DNA of 64,000 nucleotides from Podarcis muralis (taxonomy: Eukaryota): the NCBI RefSeq assembly GCF_964188315.1, contig NC_135656.1, forward strand, positions 123,628,001-123,692,000, written 5' to 3'. Positions 1-13,740 of this stretch are shown one piece after another (the stretch's first letter is position 1; every line of letters begins with the position of its first letter). The notes below the pieces were generated by a model. The model saw only the letters and a program-made list of their open reading frames with translations. It ran no database searches and was not told the origin of the DNA. The translations under genes were made by a program, and so were the position numbers.

Positions 1-299
1 TGTGTTAATTAAGCTGTGTCAGCATTTGAGCATAGTATATAAGGAGCAGCAACTAGCTCCCTCATTACCCTGGGGGATGGGTTGGTGGTTGGGTCTGGTT
101 TGTTGTTATCTTTAGTGTAAAAGGAGTTTTTGTTTTTGTTATTAAAACCTTGTTAAAGTTATTTTTGAGTTCCTTGTCATGCGTGGTCTCCCCAGCAAGT
201 TCTCTGCAGAGCTACTAACCTGCAAATAGCCAACAGCAATCCCCTCGTAGTTTGTTTGTTTTTGCAAAACTTTATTTTACCCTAAAGGCTTTGTCAATC

Positions 300-1260
300 A
301 ATTGACCCAATCCTTCTCCTTCTACCCCCAACCAGCTAGCCAATCCTGCTATAATTTTCTCTTATGTTTTCCTCTGCCTCCTCAGGGATCCTCCTGAGGT
401 GTAGAGTTAGTTCCTCCTGCTGCATTTCCAGAATTGCAATTGAGTCCCATGTTGCTCCCTGTGTCACTAATTCCATCGTTTCCTCTCTTATTTTTTCTGT
501 TCTCTTTTCTGTTCTTTCTTCTGATTGAGTCTTTTTTGTTGTTTCCTCTAAACCCTGTGCTTTTTTACTCAACTCTTGCATGGATTTTTCCCAGTCTGAT
601 GTTTTTGTTGTAAATTATTTAATCTATCCCATTAAGCCCTCCACAGTTTTGATGTTTTGTTCTATTTTCCCAGACATTTTCTCCAATATATCTATTCTCT
701 CTTAAGTCTTTTTTCCCAATCCATTAAGATATCTGCAATAACTACCTTAGGTTCTGTCTCTAGGGTGGATACACTACTTGTCTGTGTGGTAGTTGTAGCT
801 CCAGCCTCCAACTGTGGCTTCTTTGATGCCCTATTTCCAAAATTGTAAAATTTATTCATATGTCCTACTTTCATTTCTCCCAAAACTACTATATTTCCCA
901 CCCTCAAATATTACTTCCACTCTCCCTTAAAAGGTATGGTGAGAGAAAGAACAAAAAAACGAAGAAAAAAATTTCCCCTCCTGTAATTGCCTCTTTTTGC
1001 CACTAGGTATCCTTTCTTTTCCTCTCTCCTCCTCACCCCTTCCTACCTTCCACTTCCAACTCCTCTTTGTTTTCCCTTTGGATTCCATTTCAACTTGTTT
1101 AGTCTGCTTGATGTTTCCTGCTGATAAGGTGAGCTCTCAAAGCAAAGTCATCTTTTTAAAATAAATCTCTGCTTCTCTACCACTCCTTGCGCCATTGCAT
1201 TTTATAATCCACAAAAGGCAGTGGGGGGGGGGGATTGATGAAAAAAGGGGAAAGACCAGT
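300..1260 (-). mobile_element. L1-clade LINE 5' fragment (degenerate ORF1 and 5' region)
   Basis: Minus-strand ORF pieces 692-907 and 336-581 give a charged coiled-coil followed by LHLRRIPEEAEENI, resembling the start of the L1 ORF1 RRM. Boundaries approximate. Confidence 0.6.
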
Positions 1261-1378
1261 TCCAGGAATGAGAATAACCATCCATGTCCCCCCTCCCTAG
1301 CAAGATAATCGGTAAAAGAATTACTTAATTTTTAAAAAATTGTTTTATTTCCAAAATCTCTTTCCATTTCCTCAATAG

Positions 1379-4300
1379 CTCAGTTATGGGTTCGTTCTTT
1401 TGGATAAATTCCAGTCCCCTTTTGTCTACCAAATGCTGCCAAACCAAGAAACGCAGTACCAGGGGATGGTCCAACTCCTCCTGCATTTCAGGTGGACGTG
1501 GGTGGGCCTCTTTGCTCCAGACAATGAAAGTGGTGAAAGGTTCGTGAGTACCTTAACACATCTGCTGAACAAAAGGGAAATTTGTGTTGCCTTCACACAA
1601 AGAGTACTACGAAAAACTTGGCTATGGATACCCCATGAAGCACCTGCCATGTGGAGACAAGTCAATGTATTTGTTTACTTTGCAGACTCTCAAAGTGGAC
1701 TTTACACAATCATAGAGGTACAGTCCTTACTTGAAAGGATACAGACTGAGGGGAAAGTCTGGATAACCACAGTTCTTCAGAACAAAATGTTGTTACGTGA
1801 TATTGATTGCCTCCAGTATGCCCATGGCTCTTTGTCCTTTGTAATGAAAACCAAAAAAAGGATGAAGAAGGACTACTATGGGCCAATGTCCTTGACTAGT
1901 CAACGGTATTCGGGAGAAGCATTTGACTGTTCCTATTCAAAGCATCCCCTGTCTGTGAGGGGTATGACCAAATGCAGAGAGAAGGATAATGTGAAGATGC
2001 TGCCCCAGGAAGAGATTGAAAGAATCCTGTCTCAAGACAGCTATGTGAACTACTTGAGTATCCAAGCTGTGGCTCAGGCCTTAAATGCCGCATATTCATC
2101 CAGGTCAAAGAGGATGTTGATTGTGGGTGGAGGCAGCTTGGATCTTCAAAAGCAACAGCCATGGCAGGTATGTCGTTTTCCTTTTACAAACTGGAATTCA
2201 TTGTCCTTGCTCTGGAATCATCATGATAGGATCATCTGAATCTGTCTTGCACTGTGTCAGAACACAGGTTGGTATTGTCTACATTGACTGACTGGCCGTT
2301 GACATTGTTTTCACCTGCAGGCAGAAATCCATCAGAGTTTCTCCCATCCAGGTTCCCAGGGGAAAGGAATTCTACATGAGTTACAAATGGAGCACAACAG
2401 AATTGGCCCATCACTGTACGGCAGGTCAAGTCCACAGATTCAGTGCTATATTCCTGCTGAGAGAAGTATTATCCAATAATTTGCAGGCAAAGACAGCAAA
2501 ACACAGAGAGATGTGGAGCTCATTGGACCAATGCTCTGATTCAACAGTTACCTACTTCTTAGCAGCCTCCTACACTGCAAAGTTTGGGAATCCACAAAGA
2601 ATCTAGATCTAACATGAATATTGAGGAGGACTTTTTACAAAATGTAATAGACACACTAGGACTAGACACTGCCATATTAGACTATCATTAGACAGCAATA
2701 CACTTGTAAGCTTTTTGAAGTCCCAGGGGAGTCATGTTGCTCACTGGGACAACAGAGGGCTTAAACTCAAGACCCTCAAATTAAGAGTCTCACGGAGTAC
2801 CTACCCAGACCCTGATAGCATAGTTTGAGACCCATTTTTGTGTGCTGCCTCCTCAAGAGCTCCAGAGGGTGGTAAGACAAGAGCGGGCCTTCTCTGCAGT
2901 GACTTCCAATTTGTGGAATGTTCTCTTCAGGGAAGTTCGGTTGGCACTTTCACTATACAGCTTACAGTGTAATGATTCGGATTTTGGCCATCCCAAAAAT
3001 GATGAAGCAGATTGAGGGTGTCTAATAATCTAGTACAGTCAGATTATTCCAGGTGAGAGATACTTTAGTTCTTATTCAGAGAAGATTAGGATGCAGAGGG
3101 TCTTGAGTTTAAGCCATGTTGCATAATTCAGCCCTGCTTACTCACTGCTGGATTTTCCTCTGTCATTCTAGCTTCATCGTTTCTTGAAAGAAGTCCATTC
3201 ATGGAATGTTCTCCTTATGGAAGCTTGGCTGGCACCTTCACCATACAGCTTTTGGTGCCGTGCAAAACTATTCCTCTTCAACATGGCACTTATCTGATTA
3301 ACATCCTATACCCCTTTTAAATGTGTTTGTGTAAGGGGTTGGGGGAATGTTGTTATTTGTGTGTGGGGTGTGTGTGTGTTTTATCGTGTATTTGTGATAT
3401 TATATTCTTATATTCCCTATATATTCGTATATTATTTGATTCCCAGTGTGCCACTCAATATCCTTCTTTACACTGTTTCATCCTGCTGCAGAAAGATGGC
3501 TTCATCCTTCATCGAACTTAGTGTTTTTCCTTTAATAAAGCCATGTTCATCATGTTTTACATATTTTCCCAAACACCTTAGAATCATAGAATTGTAGAGT
3601 TGGGAGGGCCATGAGGGTCACCTAGTCCAACCCCCTGCAATAAAGGAATATTTTGCCCAACATAGGGCTCAAATTCATGACCCTCAGACTAAGAGTCTTA
3701 TGGTCTACTGACTGATCTACCCCTTCATATCAACCATTCTAATTCAGCCCTGCATACTCATTTCTGGATTTTCCTCTGTCATTCTAGTTTCATCGTTTCT
3801 TGAAAGAAGTCCAGTTCTACTCTAATACTTCAGCTGATGGACAGTACCTGGATGAGAATGGGGCACTGGCCATTGACTTCGATATCGTGAACTGGGTGCT
3901 GTTTCCTAATAACTCTCATGATAGAGTTAAAATTGGGAGAATAGAGGGACAAAAGTCCTCAAATCTGAAGTTCACCATTAACCCGGAAGCAATTGTATGG
4001 CCCAAGCTATTTAAGAAGGTAGGGGGAAATGGATCTGTCATTTTATTAACTATGACGTCTGCTATACTCTAATAACATTTAGAATAGTACATACAAGGCT
4101 TTGACTGCAATCTTGTTGGCGCTTCTCTGAAGCTAGGTCGATTGAGTACAATGAAACCTTCTCTTGAGTAAACATGTATAAAATTTCAAGGTAAATAGGA
4201 GACATTTCAAACACATTTCCCCAACTTGGTGCCCTCCAAATATTGTGGACTACAACGCCCATGCACCCCAGCCAGCATTGTGGTAAGATATCTGAGGGGC

Positions 4301-7300
4301 ACCAGATTGGGTATGGCTGGAGTGTAGTAAGGTATTCCACATCTGTTTGGGCATAGAGACATGATACACAAGCAAACTGGGCACCAATTTCTGCAATAGG
4401 TGCAGATTTTGAAAGCAACACCAATGTCACTATTGGCAGATGTCATGGCAACTGTGATGGCCTGGGAATCTGATTCAGACCAGCTGCCGCCTCATTGGTC
4501 TTTCGACTGTGGCATAGACCTCCAGCCCGGGGTGCCCCTGCCTGTGAGTCGTCTGTACTCTCTTACGGAGCTGGAGCGCAAAGCTTTGCAGGACTTCCTG
4601 CGCAAGAACCTGAAGCGTGGGTTCATTCGGCCTTCCACCTCACCCACTGCTGCTCTAGTGCTCTTTGTTAAGAAGAAGTGTGAGGAGCTTCGTCTTTGCC
4701 ACGATTACCGGGCCCTGAACAAGATTACTACCACTTGCCCCTTATCTCGGAGTTGCTGGAGCGGTTGCAAGGGGCGCAGGTGTTCACCAAGCTAGACCTC
4801 CGGGGGGGCCTACAATTTGATTTGGATCCGAGCGAGGGATGAGTGGAAGACCGCATTCGGGACCCGGTATGGGCAGTTCAAATACCTGGTAATGCCTTTC
4901 GTATTGTGCAATGCGCCCGCCGTGTTCCAACAGTACATCAACCACGTGTTCCAGGACTTGCTAGACAAGTTCGTGGTGGTGTACCTAGATGACATTCTGA
5001 TTTTCTCCCATGACCCGGCTCACCACAAGGGGCATGTCCGGACCGTGCTGCAGTGCTTGCAGGAGCACCACCTGTATGCTAAGCTCAGCAATTGCGAGTT
5101 CCATCGGTAGACTTCCTAGGTCACCGACTCTCTCCAGATGGGGTGCAGATGGATCCTGGGAAGGTGGTTGCGGTTCGGGAGTGGGCAGCACCCCAGAACT
5201 GCAAGGACCTACAGCGGTTCCTGGGGTTCGCCAACTATTACCGGACCTTCATTGCAGGCTATGCTCATCGCACCACCCCGTTGACCTGACTGCTGCACCC
5301 CAAGGTGCCATTTTCCTGTGACAAGGAGGCAGAGGAGGCGTTTCAGAGGTTGAAAGCCTGTTTCCAGAGGGCGCCGATTCTGCAGCATCCCGACCCCTCG
5401 CCCCATCGTGGTGGAGACCGATGCCTCCAGCACGGCACTCGGCGCCGTCTTGTCCCAGCAGCACGGACCAGATGCGCCACTGTTACCTTGCACCTACTAT
5501 TCCCGCCAGCTCCTTCCAGCGGAGCATAACTATACTGTGTGGGAACGGGAACTACTGGCCATCAAGGTGGCCTTTGAGGTCTGGTGCCATCATCTTGAGG
5601 GGGCACGACACCCAGTGGAAGTGAGAACTGACCACCAGAACCTGGAGTACCTCCAAACCACCCGCAAGTTGAATCAAAGTCAGATCCGGTGGGCGCTGTT
5701 CCTCTCTCGGTTCCAGTTCTGGATCCTCTACATCCCTAGCTCCCAAAAGCAGAAGGCGGATGCCCTGTCCCGGAAACCTGAAGATGTCGCAGACACGGTA
5801 CAGCAAGCAGTACCAACCACGATTCTACCACCGGCCGAGTTCCTGGCCGCTCGGGAGGCTGAGCCACTGTGGGCTCGGGTGCGGGAACAGCAACGGGTCG
5901 ACGCTTGGGCTCGAGAACGACTCCGGGAACTGGCCGAAGGGTCATGCCCTCAGTATCCGGGACTGGTCGTGCACCAGGGCCTACTGCTACACCACGGTCG
6001 CCTGTACATCCCACCAGGACCACTGCGGGCTGAGGTTCTCCGGATGACTCATTACGCCCTAGCAGCGGGGCACTTCGGGCAGTATCGGACCACCCATCTG
6101 GTAAGCCGGGAGTTTTGGTGGCCCCGCCAGAAGGCTAACGTAGGCCAGGGGAGGCGAGTCGCCTGTGGGCCGGGACCGCCCCAGGCCTCAGAGGAGATAA
6201 AGGCCAGTCAGCCCAGTCCCAGGTTGCAGGAGCAACATCGTTGGAAACCTGTTCCTGCCAGCACCCTGACCTGCTCTTCTGGAGTTCCTGACCAGGCCAG
6301 GCTCCTTGCCTTGGACCCCGCTTTGCCCTTGACAGACAGCCTCCAGACTCTTGACCCAGGACCAGACTCAGACCATGCCGCACAGTAACCCCCCCCCCCG
6401 GGACCAGCACAGCAACAGATGACTTGTTTTATTGCTGATGTTCGTATGATGGTTTATGCCATGCTCCTGTTTGTTGTTAACTGTAATCTTAGTATTGCAG
6501 TTTGCAATACTATTGTAGCATAGAAATGTGAGATATCAATGTTAAGGGGGGTGGGGATGGGGGAAGCAGAAACATCCAAAAAAAATATCTTCCATGCAAC
6601 TCGGCAAAATATAAAGAGAAATGTAACTGTCCCAAAATAGGGCCTGGGGTCAACTTAGGACTGTGTCCAAAGGCAAAAATTCACCTATCACTTTCTCCTT
6701 AGTGCTCAATTTTCTCTTCATGCCTAGATGGTGCCTCGTTCAAGATGCACAGAAAGCTGTCTCCCTGGATATTCCAGAAAAGTTCAGGAAGGGAAGCCGC
6801 CCTGCTGCTATGATTGCGCTCCCTGCTCAGAAGGGACAATCTCCACTGTGGAAGGTAGGAGAGGATCTCAGAGGAAAGGGCCTTTGATGAGAAGATGGGG
6901 CAAATATTTGAGCCATTCCAAATAAGATGTTAATAACCATAATTAATGAGCAGTTTATATTTTATAGTCTCGCTGCATTATTTGTTCTCTAATACAAATG
7001 GACCTTCTAGTTTGTGGGGAGGGAGGGCCCCCTACACTATTCTATTCTATTCTATTCTATTCTATTCTATTCTATTCTATTCTATTCTATTCTATTCTAT
7101 TCTATTCTATATTCTATTGCTGGCTGTTCCCTCCCTTCTGTTTCTCTTTCCATTATCTCGTAGCTAGGTAACTCTGGCTTAATGTGCTCGGTGTCTGTGT
7201 CTCTCCCTCTTCAGAGAGGAGCCGATCTGCCTGAGAACGCATTCCCCAATCCTCTGATTCAGACCGTTCCCTGACAGGCACCTCTTTTTGTAGAAAATAG

Positions 7301-10300
7301 CACTGAAAATGTCACCCCATCGTTCACCTATTGCCAGCCTGTAATGGTCAGGGGTCCCTTTACCTTTTTAATGTCCCCACAGCACCAGGAAACTTAATTT
7401 GCCCATCTGCTGAGACTTGTAGAATTTTTCAGGTTTTAATTATGGTAGCTCCTCTACAGAATTTTGTCTTATGGTTTCGACTTCTACTACATCAGCTGTA
7501 CAGTTTTACTGATGGATAGGTGAAACATCTTCCAAATCTATCCATAAGAAAAACCGAGGATATAAGGAAGGCCTTGCTGCATAGAAAAAACAGCCCTCCC
7601 CCCCCCATGTGATCTCCAGCAACTAGTATTCAAAGGACACCTCCAATGTTGCAGGGAGTACATGTCAGTGAATCAGGTACTGGGAACTTTCATGTTGAGT
7701 GAGGGGAAAGTGAGCAAGAGCACCAGGGTGTACTGGGTTGACCAAACCTGTGGCCTCTGGAGGGTTGTTGTCCTGCCATGGAGTCAGTCAGCACTAGGGC
7801 CAGAGAGACCACCTGACAATTTCTGAGAGGTCCCAGCAGTTCAGGAATGGAGGCAGTGCCACACAATAATACTCCTCCGAGTTCCTTGGAGGAATCATAT
7901 AATTCTAAAGCAATACATGATTTTAGAAACAACAACAATATAATTTATTATTTCTACCCCGCTTACAAGAGAAGGTTAAATATACATTAAAACCAGTCGT
8001 TAAAAGCTTCCCTAAAGAGGGAATAATTGTAGCTTCAATATATTATAAAATAAGTTGGGTCTTAACACATCTGCTTCTCAATATTTTTTTAAAAATGCTT
8101 TTTATTGAATTTTTCCACAAACAAAATAAAACAATCTTTACAGTCATTCTTAGTGTCATCTTATTTACATTGCGTAGAATCACGCCTCGACTTCCTTCCT
8201 TCCCAGTTACGGTTTTCTTAATATAAATCTTCTCTTACAGTTTCTTCTTCATTTCTATACACGTCACAAGAATTATATTAACCTTGCTGTAGTTTTTAAA
8301 CTTCTACAATTAATTCCTATATATGTTGCAAATTTACCCCATTCTTCTACAAACTTTGCCCCTTTTTGGTGTTGGATTTTATACGTCATTTTCGCTAATT
8401 CTGTATATTCAAAAAATTTAGCCTGCCATTCCATAACCGTTGGGATCTCTGGTGGCTTCCATTTTTGGGCTACAAAGATCCTAGCTGCTACCATGGCGTA
8501 TTGAAATAATTTATGATCCTCATTTTTTACTTCCTCTCCTATTATCCCTAGTAGGGAAAGCCTCTGTTTTTTTTGGGAATGTGTACCTAAAAAGTTTCTT
8601 AGAATCATAGAATCATAGAGTTGGAATAGACCACAAAGGCCATCGAGTCCAACCCCCTGCCAAGCAGGAAACACCATCAGAGCACTCCTGACATATGGTT
8701 GTCAAGCCTCTGCTTCTTGAGTTCATTATATATTAAGTCCCAGAATTTTTTCATCTTTTCACATTCCCACCACATGTGGTAGAGATCCCCATCCTTAAGT
8801 TTACATTTCCAACAGGCTTTGTTACCCAGTTTGTACATTTTCGCCAATTTGACCGGGGTAATATACCACCGGTACATCATTTTTTCTAAGTTTTCCATTA
8901 AAGTGGAACACGCAGTAAATTTCATCCCTTCGTTCCATAGTTTTACCCATTTATCATGTTCTATGTTGTAACCAAAATCAAAATTTCTTTATTTCCTTCG
9001 GAAATAGGTGTTCTCCTACTTTTATTTTATTTATCACATTCTGTTTTTGTCTTTTTCTTAATTGCCATGCAAGAAGTTTCCCTGTTTTATTAGCCGATTC
9101 AAAGAATTTCTGTCTCATTAATTTGATTTACCATTCAACTTCTTGGTTTACCAATATCGAAAACTGAGTTTGTAACATTTTAATTACTTGCTTGATCTGT
9201 TCATCTTTGGGTTTTATCGTTAATTTCTTCTTTTTTCTTTTCTCTCAACTTTCTCCTATAATTATTTTGCTGAATCAGGAAACCTCTCATGACGGCTTTA
9301 CTCACATCCCAAACAATGTCCAGACTTGTTTCTTTATTTAAATTCCATTTAAAATATTCTTTCAAAGTCTCCTTAGCTTTTTCAATCACTCTAAATTCTC
9401 AAAAAGGTTTTCATTCATCCTCCATCTGAATGAATTTTGTTCATTACTTTTAACCTCTAAAATTATACGGTTATGATCTGATAATGTTCGAGGCAATATT
9501 TCACATTTCAATGTTCTTGGAGTTAGATCCCTTGAAACCCATATTAGAACTATCCTTCCCCAACTTTTGTGTGGCTCAGAAAAAAAAGTAAATTGCTTTG
9601 TGGTCGGATGTTTGAGGCTCCAAACATCTATTAAATCAAAATTTTCAACAAGATCGAAGAATGTCCTTGGTAATTTACCTTGTTTAACTTTTTTCTTTTT
9701 TGTTAGTCTGTCCATTTCTAGCATCACCGCACCATTGCAATCTTCTATTAATATTATGCTTCTCAATATTCAAACATAACAAGAAGCTGCCATTATACTG
9801 AGTCAACCTATTGATCCATTTAACCCAAGGTTGTATAATCCAGCGATCCAGAATTTTTTCTGGCCTTTGCACTAGATCTCAATTTCCCAGGTGAAAATAG
9901 CAGCTGGGTGCTGCTGCCAACCTGTCGATCACCAAATGCAATAGTGATGTTAGCTGATTTCATGCTTTAAAGCCTTGATTGCCAGCACTTCAAAGAACAG
10001 TGTGGGTCTTTTTGAAAATCCTGTATGAGCAGCTCAACAGCATGCACACCATTGCAGTTTTGTGAATGATGTTAGGAGACTGAACTGTGTTTTCCTCTCT
10101 GCAGATGCTGATGACTGCACCAAATGTCCAGAGGATCAGCATCCAAATGAGGATAGACATCAATGTGTCCCCAAAATATTTACCTTCCTGTCCTATGAAG
10201 AATGTTTGGGGAGCCTCCTGGCTTCCCTTGCCCTCCTCTTATCCTTAACCACAGGTTTTGTGTTAGGAATCTTCACTAAATACAAAGAAACTCCCATAGT

Positions 10301-11003
10301 CAAAGCCAACAACAGGGACCTCTCCTACATCCTCCTCATCTCTCTACTGCTCTCCTTTTTGTCCTCCTTCCTCTTCATTGGAAAGCCAAGGAACGTGACC
10401 TGTCTTCTCCGTCAAACAGCCTTCTGCATCATCTTCTCAGTTGCTGTCTCTTCTGTCTTGGCAAAAACCATCACTGTAGTCCTGGCTTTCCTGGCCACTA
10501 AGCCAGGGAACAGGGTGAGGAGATGGCTGGGGAAGAGTTTGGCCCACTCCATTGTCATTTCCTGCTCCAGTATCCAAGTTCTCATCTGCACCATCTGGCT
10601 GGGGATCTCGCCTCCATTTCCAGACTTTGACTTCAGCTCCCAACTTGGAGAGATCATTGTCCAATGCAATGAAGGCTCTGTTGCCATGCTTTACAGTTCC
10701 CTCAGCTACATGGGCTTCCTGGCTGCCATCTGCTTCACAGTGGCTTTCTTAGCACGGAATCTACCAGGGGCCTTCAATGAAGCCAAGCTGATCACCTTCA
10801 GCATGCTGGTCTTCTGCAGTGTTTGGGTGTCCTTTGTGCCCACCTACCTGAGCACCAAGGGGAAATTCATGGTAGCCGTTCAGATCTTCTCTATCTTGGC
10901 CTCCAGTGCTGGGCTCCTGGGCTGCATCTTCATTCCCAAGTGCTACATTATTATATTGAGGCCTGATCTGAACACGAAGGAGCACCTGACAACAAAAAAC
11001 TAA
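1379..11003 (+). CDS. Vomeronasal type-2 receptor (V2R) copy 1, 5'-partial; exons 3-6
   Basis: Exons 1379-2167, 3788-4018, 6728-6854, 10105-11003, all with AG/GT boundaries and consistent phases. Encode Venus-flytrap part, Cys-rich NCD3G domain (CTESCLPGY...CCYDCAPC) and class C 7TM ([12 protein letters not shown]). Exons 1-2 are not in the window. Confidence 0.93.
3580..3720 (-). mobile_element. Short SINE-like element with CR1-type tail
   Basis: agaatcatagaattgtagagttgggaggg...ctagtccaaccccctgc is the reverse complement of a CR1-type 3' end, followed by a degenerate tRNA-like head. Confidence 0.45.
4453..6411 (+). mobile_element. pol: Ty3/Gypsy LTR retrotransposon, internally deleted, frameshifted pol (RT-RNaseH-partial IN)
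   Basis: TG...CA termini and 5-bp TSD GCAAC (4448-4452, 6412-6416); paralog copy 2 shows the empty site. Motifs: [61 protein letters not shown], and the IN Zn-binding GHFG...FWWP. Confidence 0.93.
7037..7116 (+). repeat. (ATTCT)n microsatellite
   Basis: Direct pentamer tandem run. Confidence 0.95.
8086..9756 (-). mobile_element. L1-clade LINE, 5'-truncated, RT deleted
   Basis: 14-bp TSD tgcttctcaatatt (8072-8085, 9757-9770) and poly-T at left end. APE endonuclease end (DVW...H...FTFFS...LSDHN), linker, then C-terminal CWKC...HMWWEC domain. Confidence 0.88.
8600..8717 (-). mobile_element. CR1 3' end nested in the L1
   Basis: agaatcatagaatcatagagttggaatagacc...gagtccaaccccctgcc is a typical reverse-complemented CR1 tail. 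Confidence 0.7.
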
Positions 11004-13242
11004 GCATGGCATTTGATCCTTAGTTCTAGGGATATCATAAAATTGTACAGGTAGAAGTCCCAGCCACAATCTCAACTGGAGTTAAATTGATCACGACCCA
11101 TAGCAGGATTTCATAAGCTGCTTAAGAAGTTGCAAACGGAATTACTAAAGTACAAAATGAAATTAGCTAAATTATAAAGAAATGACATTAAACTAGCCAC
11201 ATAAGAGATATCAGTAAAAGGTCTTTTGGGAATATAAGAATAAGAATAATTTATTATTTATTTCTCCAGCCACTATGGGCAGATTACAGCACATAACGAA
11301 ACATTCTAAAACACCAACCATTAAAAAATTCCTGATACAGGCTTGACTTCAGGTGTCTTCTATAATTTATGTCATTCTTTATTTCCTTGACATCTGAGGG
11401 GACATGTTCAAAAGGGCGGGTGCCGCTACCGAGAAGGCCCTCTACATTGTTCCCTGTAATTTGCTTCTCATAGTGAGGGAATTGGCAAAAGGCCCTCGAA
11501 GGGGGACCTCAGTGTCCAGGCGGAACGACTGGGGTGGAGGCATTCCTTCCAGTATACAGGGCCGAGGCAGTTTAGGGCTCTAAAGGTCAGTACCAACACT
11601 GAATTGTGCTCAGAAACATGCTGGGAGCCAGTGGAGAACCTTTAGGACCAGCATTATACAAAAGGTTTATGAGAAGAGAGATTTTTTGGCAGATGATTCT
11701 TGATGAGGATCGAAAATGCAAGGCTAGGAGAAAACGTAGAACATGGAGGGATATGACTGAAGTTTTGGTTTTGGACTGGACATGGACATTGATTTTAGAT
11801 AGTCAGAAAGGAGATGAGTAGTCTCAGGAAAATTAAAATTGCCAGACTTGGATATAAAGAGAACCTGGCTAAAGTTTTTTGCCATCTACAGAGTATCGTA
11901 ATGCATGTGATAATGGCCTCATGTAGGCATTTTCTCGTTTCTATGCCAGCAATTTCAAAGTATAGAACCAAGTGTTTTTAGGTCAGGCGATCGTCTGCTC
12001 TTCAGAAATAGCTGCACCTGGGCAGAATCCGTCTCTCTTTGCTGCTTTGCATGTGTCAGTTTATATTAATCTGTCATGCTGTTTCCTTCCGATTTCTTCC
12101 CTGTATTACAGACTCTAATTCTTGAAGTAAAATCTCCTTTTATGACATTATTTCTGGTGTCTCCCTGTATGTCCTTAATAACTGACACACCATTCACCAG
12201 TCTAGCATCTGTACGATTGCACCTGCGGTCAGACATCTCAGTTTGATTAATCTCACACCAACAGAGGGCTGACCCTAAATTAAAATCCTGCACAACAAAC
12301 AACAAAAAGTCCTTCTCCACCGTACCCCTCAATGAGGCTGCTTCAGTAAAGAGAAACTGATGGGGATTAGGAGTGTAACATTGTGTTACAACCATATAAA
12401 CCCAAATTCTGGTGCTAAAAATGAATTCCTGATGTGAGCATGTGGTCAGAGGTATCCTGGGCCTTAGTTCTGAATTACGCATTGGGAGATTGCTGCAGAA
12501 GTCAGCTCCAGTGTGCTTACAGGCTTCCTTGGGGTATCTGTTTGGCTGATGTGAAAACAGGATGCTGGACTACATTAGCCTCATTCATCCCAACACAGGT
12601 GCAGGACTCATCTGGTGTTCTTTTGATGCCCCTCCCCATAGTCGTCATTATTTTGCTCCAGGCTCTGATTGAACTAGAAGCTTGGGTAAAACAAAGTAGG
12701 CCCTGAGAGTCTAATAGTGATAGAAGCGGCAGAGTTGAGAATTTCATCTTAACTGAGAGCTCCCATTTTTGCTTGCTTGGCCCACCTGCCATATCCAGCA
12801 GCACAGGTGATAATGGATGGGGTCCAAAAGGGACACAAAATGCACAAAATGAAGAAATGGCACCTAGTGGTCAGCAGCAGAAGAAGCAGCTTAATGCAGA
12901 GCCAAACAGCAATAGGAGAAGGGGAGAGAAAATGGCTCTCTCCTCCCTTTAAAGGACCAGGGTGGTAAAGGTATGGATATTTACAATAGGTGGCCATGTG
13001 TCCAAGTAAAATACATCCAAGACCAAGTTACTGGGTCAGATACACAAAAACAAGACACGACATGTTCACACCTGATGAAAACCCATTACCTCAGCACAAA
13101 GGAGGAAGAATGGTGGGCAGATTAGGATGGTCCAATATTAGAGATGTCAGATCATCTTCATGCGTCAGCGATGTGTGATGTCTTTTATTGAAAGATTTAA
13201 TACTCTTGTTGGTTTTTGAAATTCATTGTGTAAGCCTATTTC

Positions 13243-13740
13243 ATAGAATCATAGAATGTTAAGAGTTGGAAGGGACCCAAAGGTCATCTAGTCCAAATCC
13301 CCTAAGGCAGTCAGAACATGTGGCCCTCCGACCTCTGCTTAAAAACCTTCAGTGAAGGAGAGTCCACAACCTCCTGAGGGAGACCTTTCCACTGTCTAAC
13401 AGCTCTTAACAAAAACCGAAATGACCTCGTTAATGTTCCCAGACAGACTGCTCTCAGGAGAGAGCTCAGCCTCCACAAAGCACAGATCAAAGGAACAAGC
13501 ATGGATCATGTGGGCAGTGCACCCAGTTGATAAGAACGCTCCTGGAGTGTTGACTTCTGACATTCCAGAACCACAACATTGCTCCATCCTCCATGTGACA
13601 GCCCTTCAGATATTTAATGATAGCTATCATATCTCCTCTCAGACTCCTCTTTCCCAGGCTAGACACCTCCTTCAACCGTTCCTCATAAGGCTTGACTTCT
13701 AGACCCTTGATCACCCTGGTGGACCTCCTCTTGCAATTAA
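13243..13740 (-). mobile_element. CR1 3' fragment; homologous copies at ~29270-29660 and ~35500-35600
   Basis: agaatcatagaat...gttggaagggacc...ctagtccaa start plus CR1 RT C-terminal peptide ([28 protein letters not shown]). Shared by three V2R upstream regions, so it predates the duplications. Confidence 0.7.

Noticed and set aside
1-237. Possible LTR 3' end (TATA-like, ATTAAA, ends AACA)
   Set aside because: Cut by the window edge; no partner LTR, PBS or TSD to confirm it.
12070-12390. TGT...ACA segment as a solo LTR
   Set aside because: No TSD, and the right end is shared with the paralogous non-inserted flank.
12434-12997. ORFs recurring upstream of three V2R copies (also 28635, 34174, 34499)
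   Set aside because: Recurrence reflects segmental duplication; lengths and frames differ between copies through indels.
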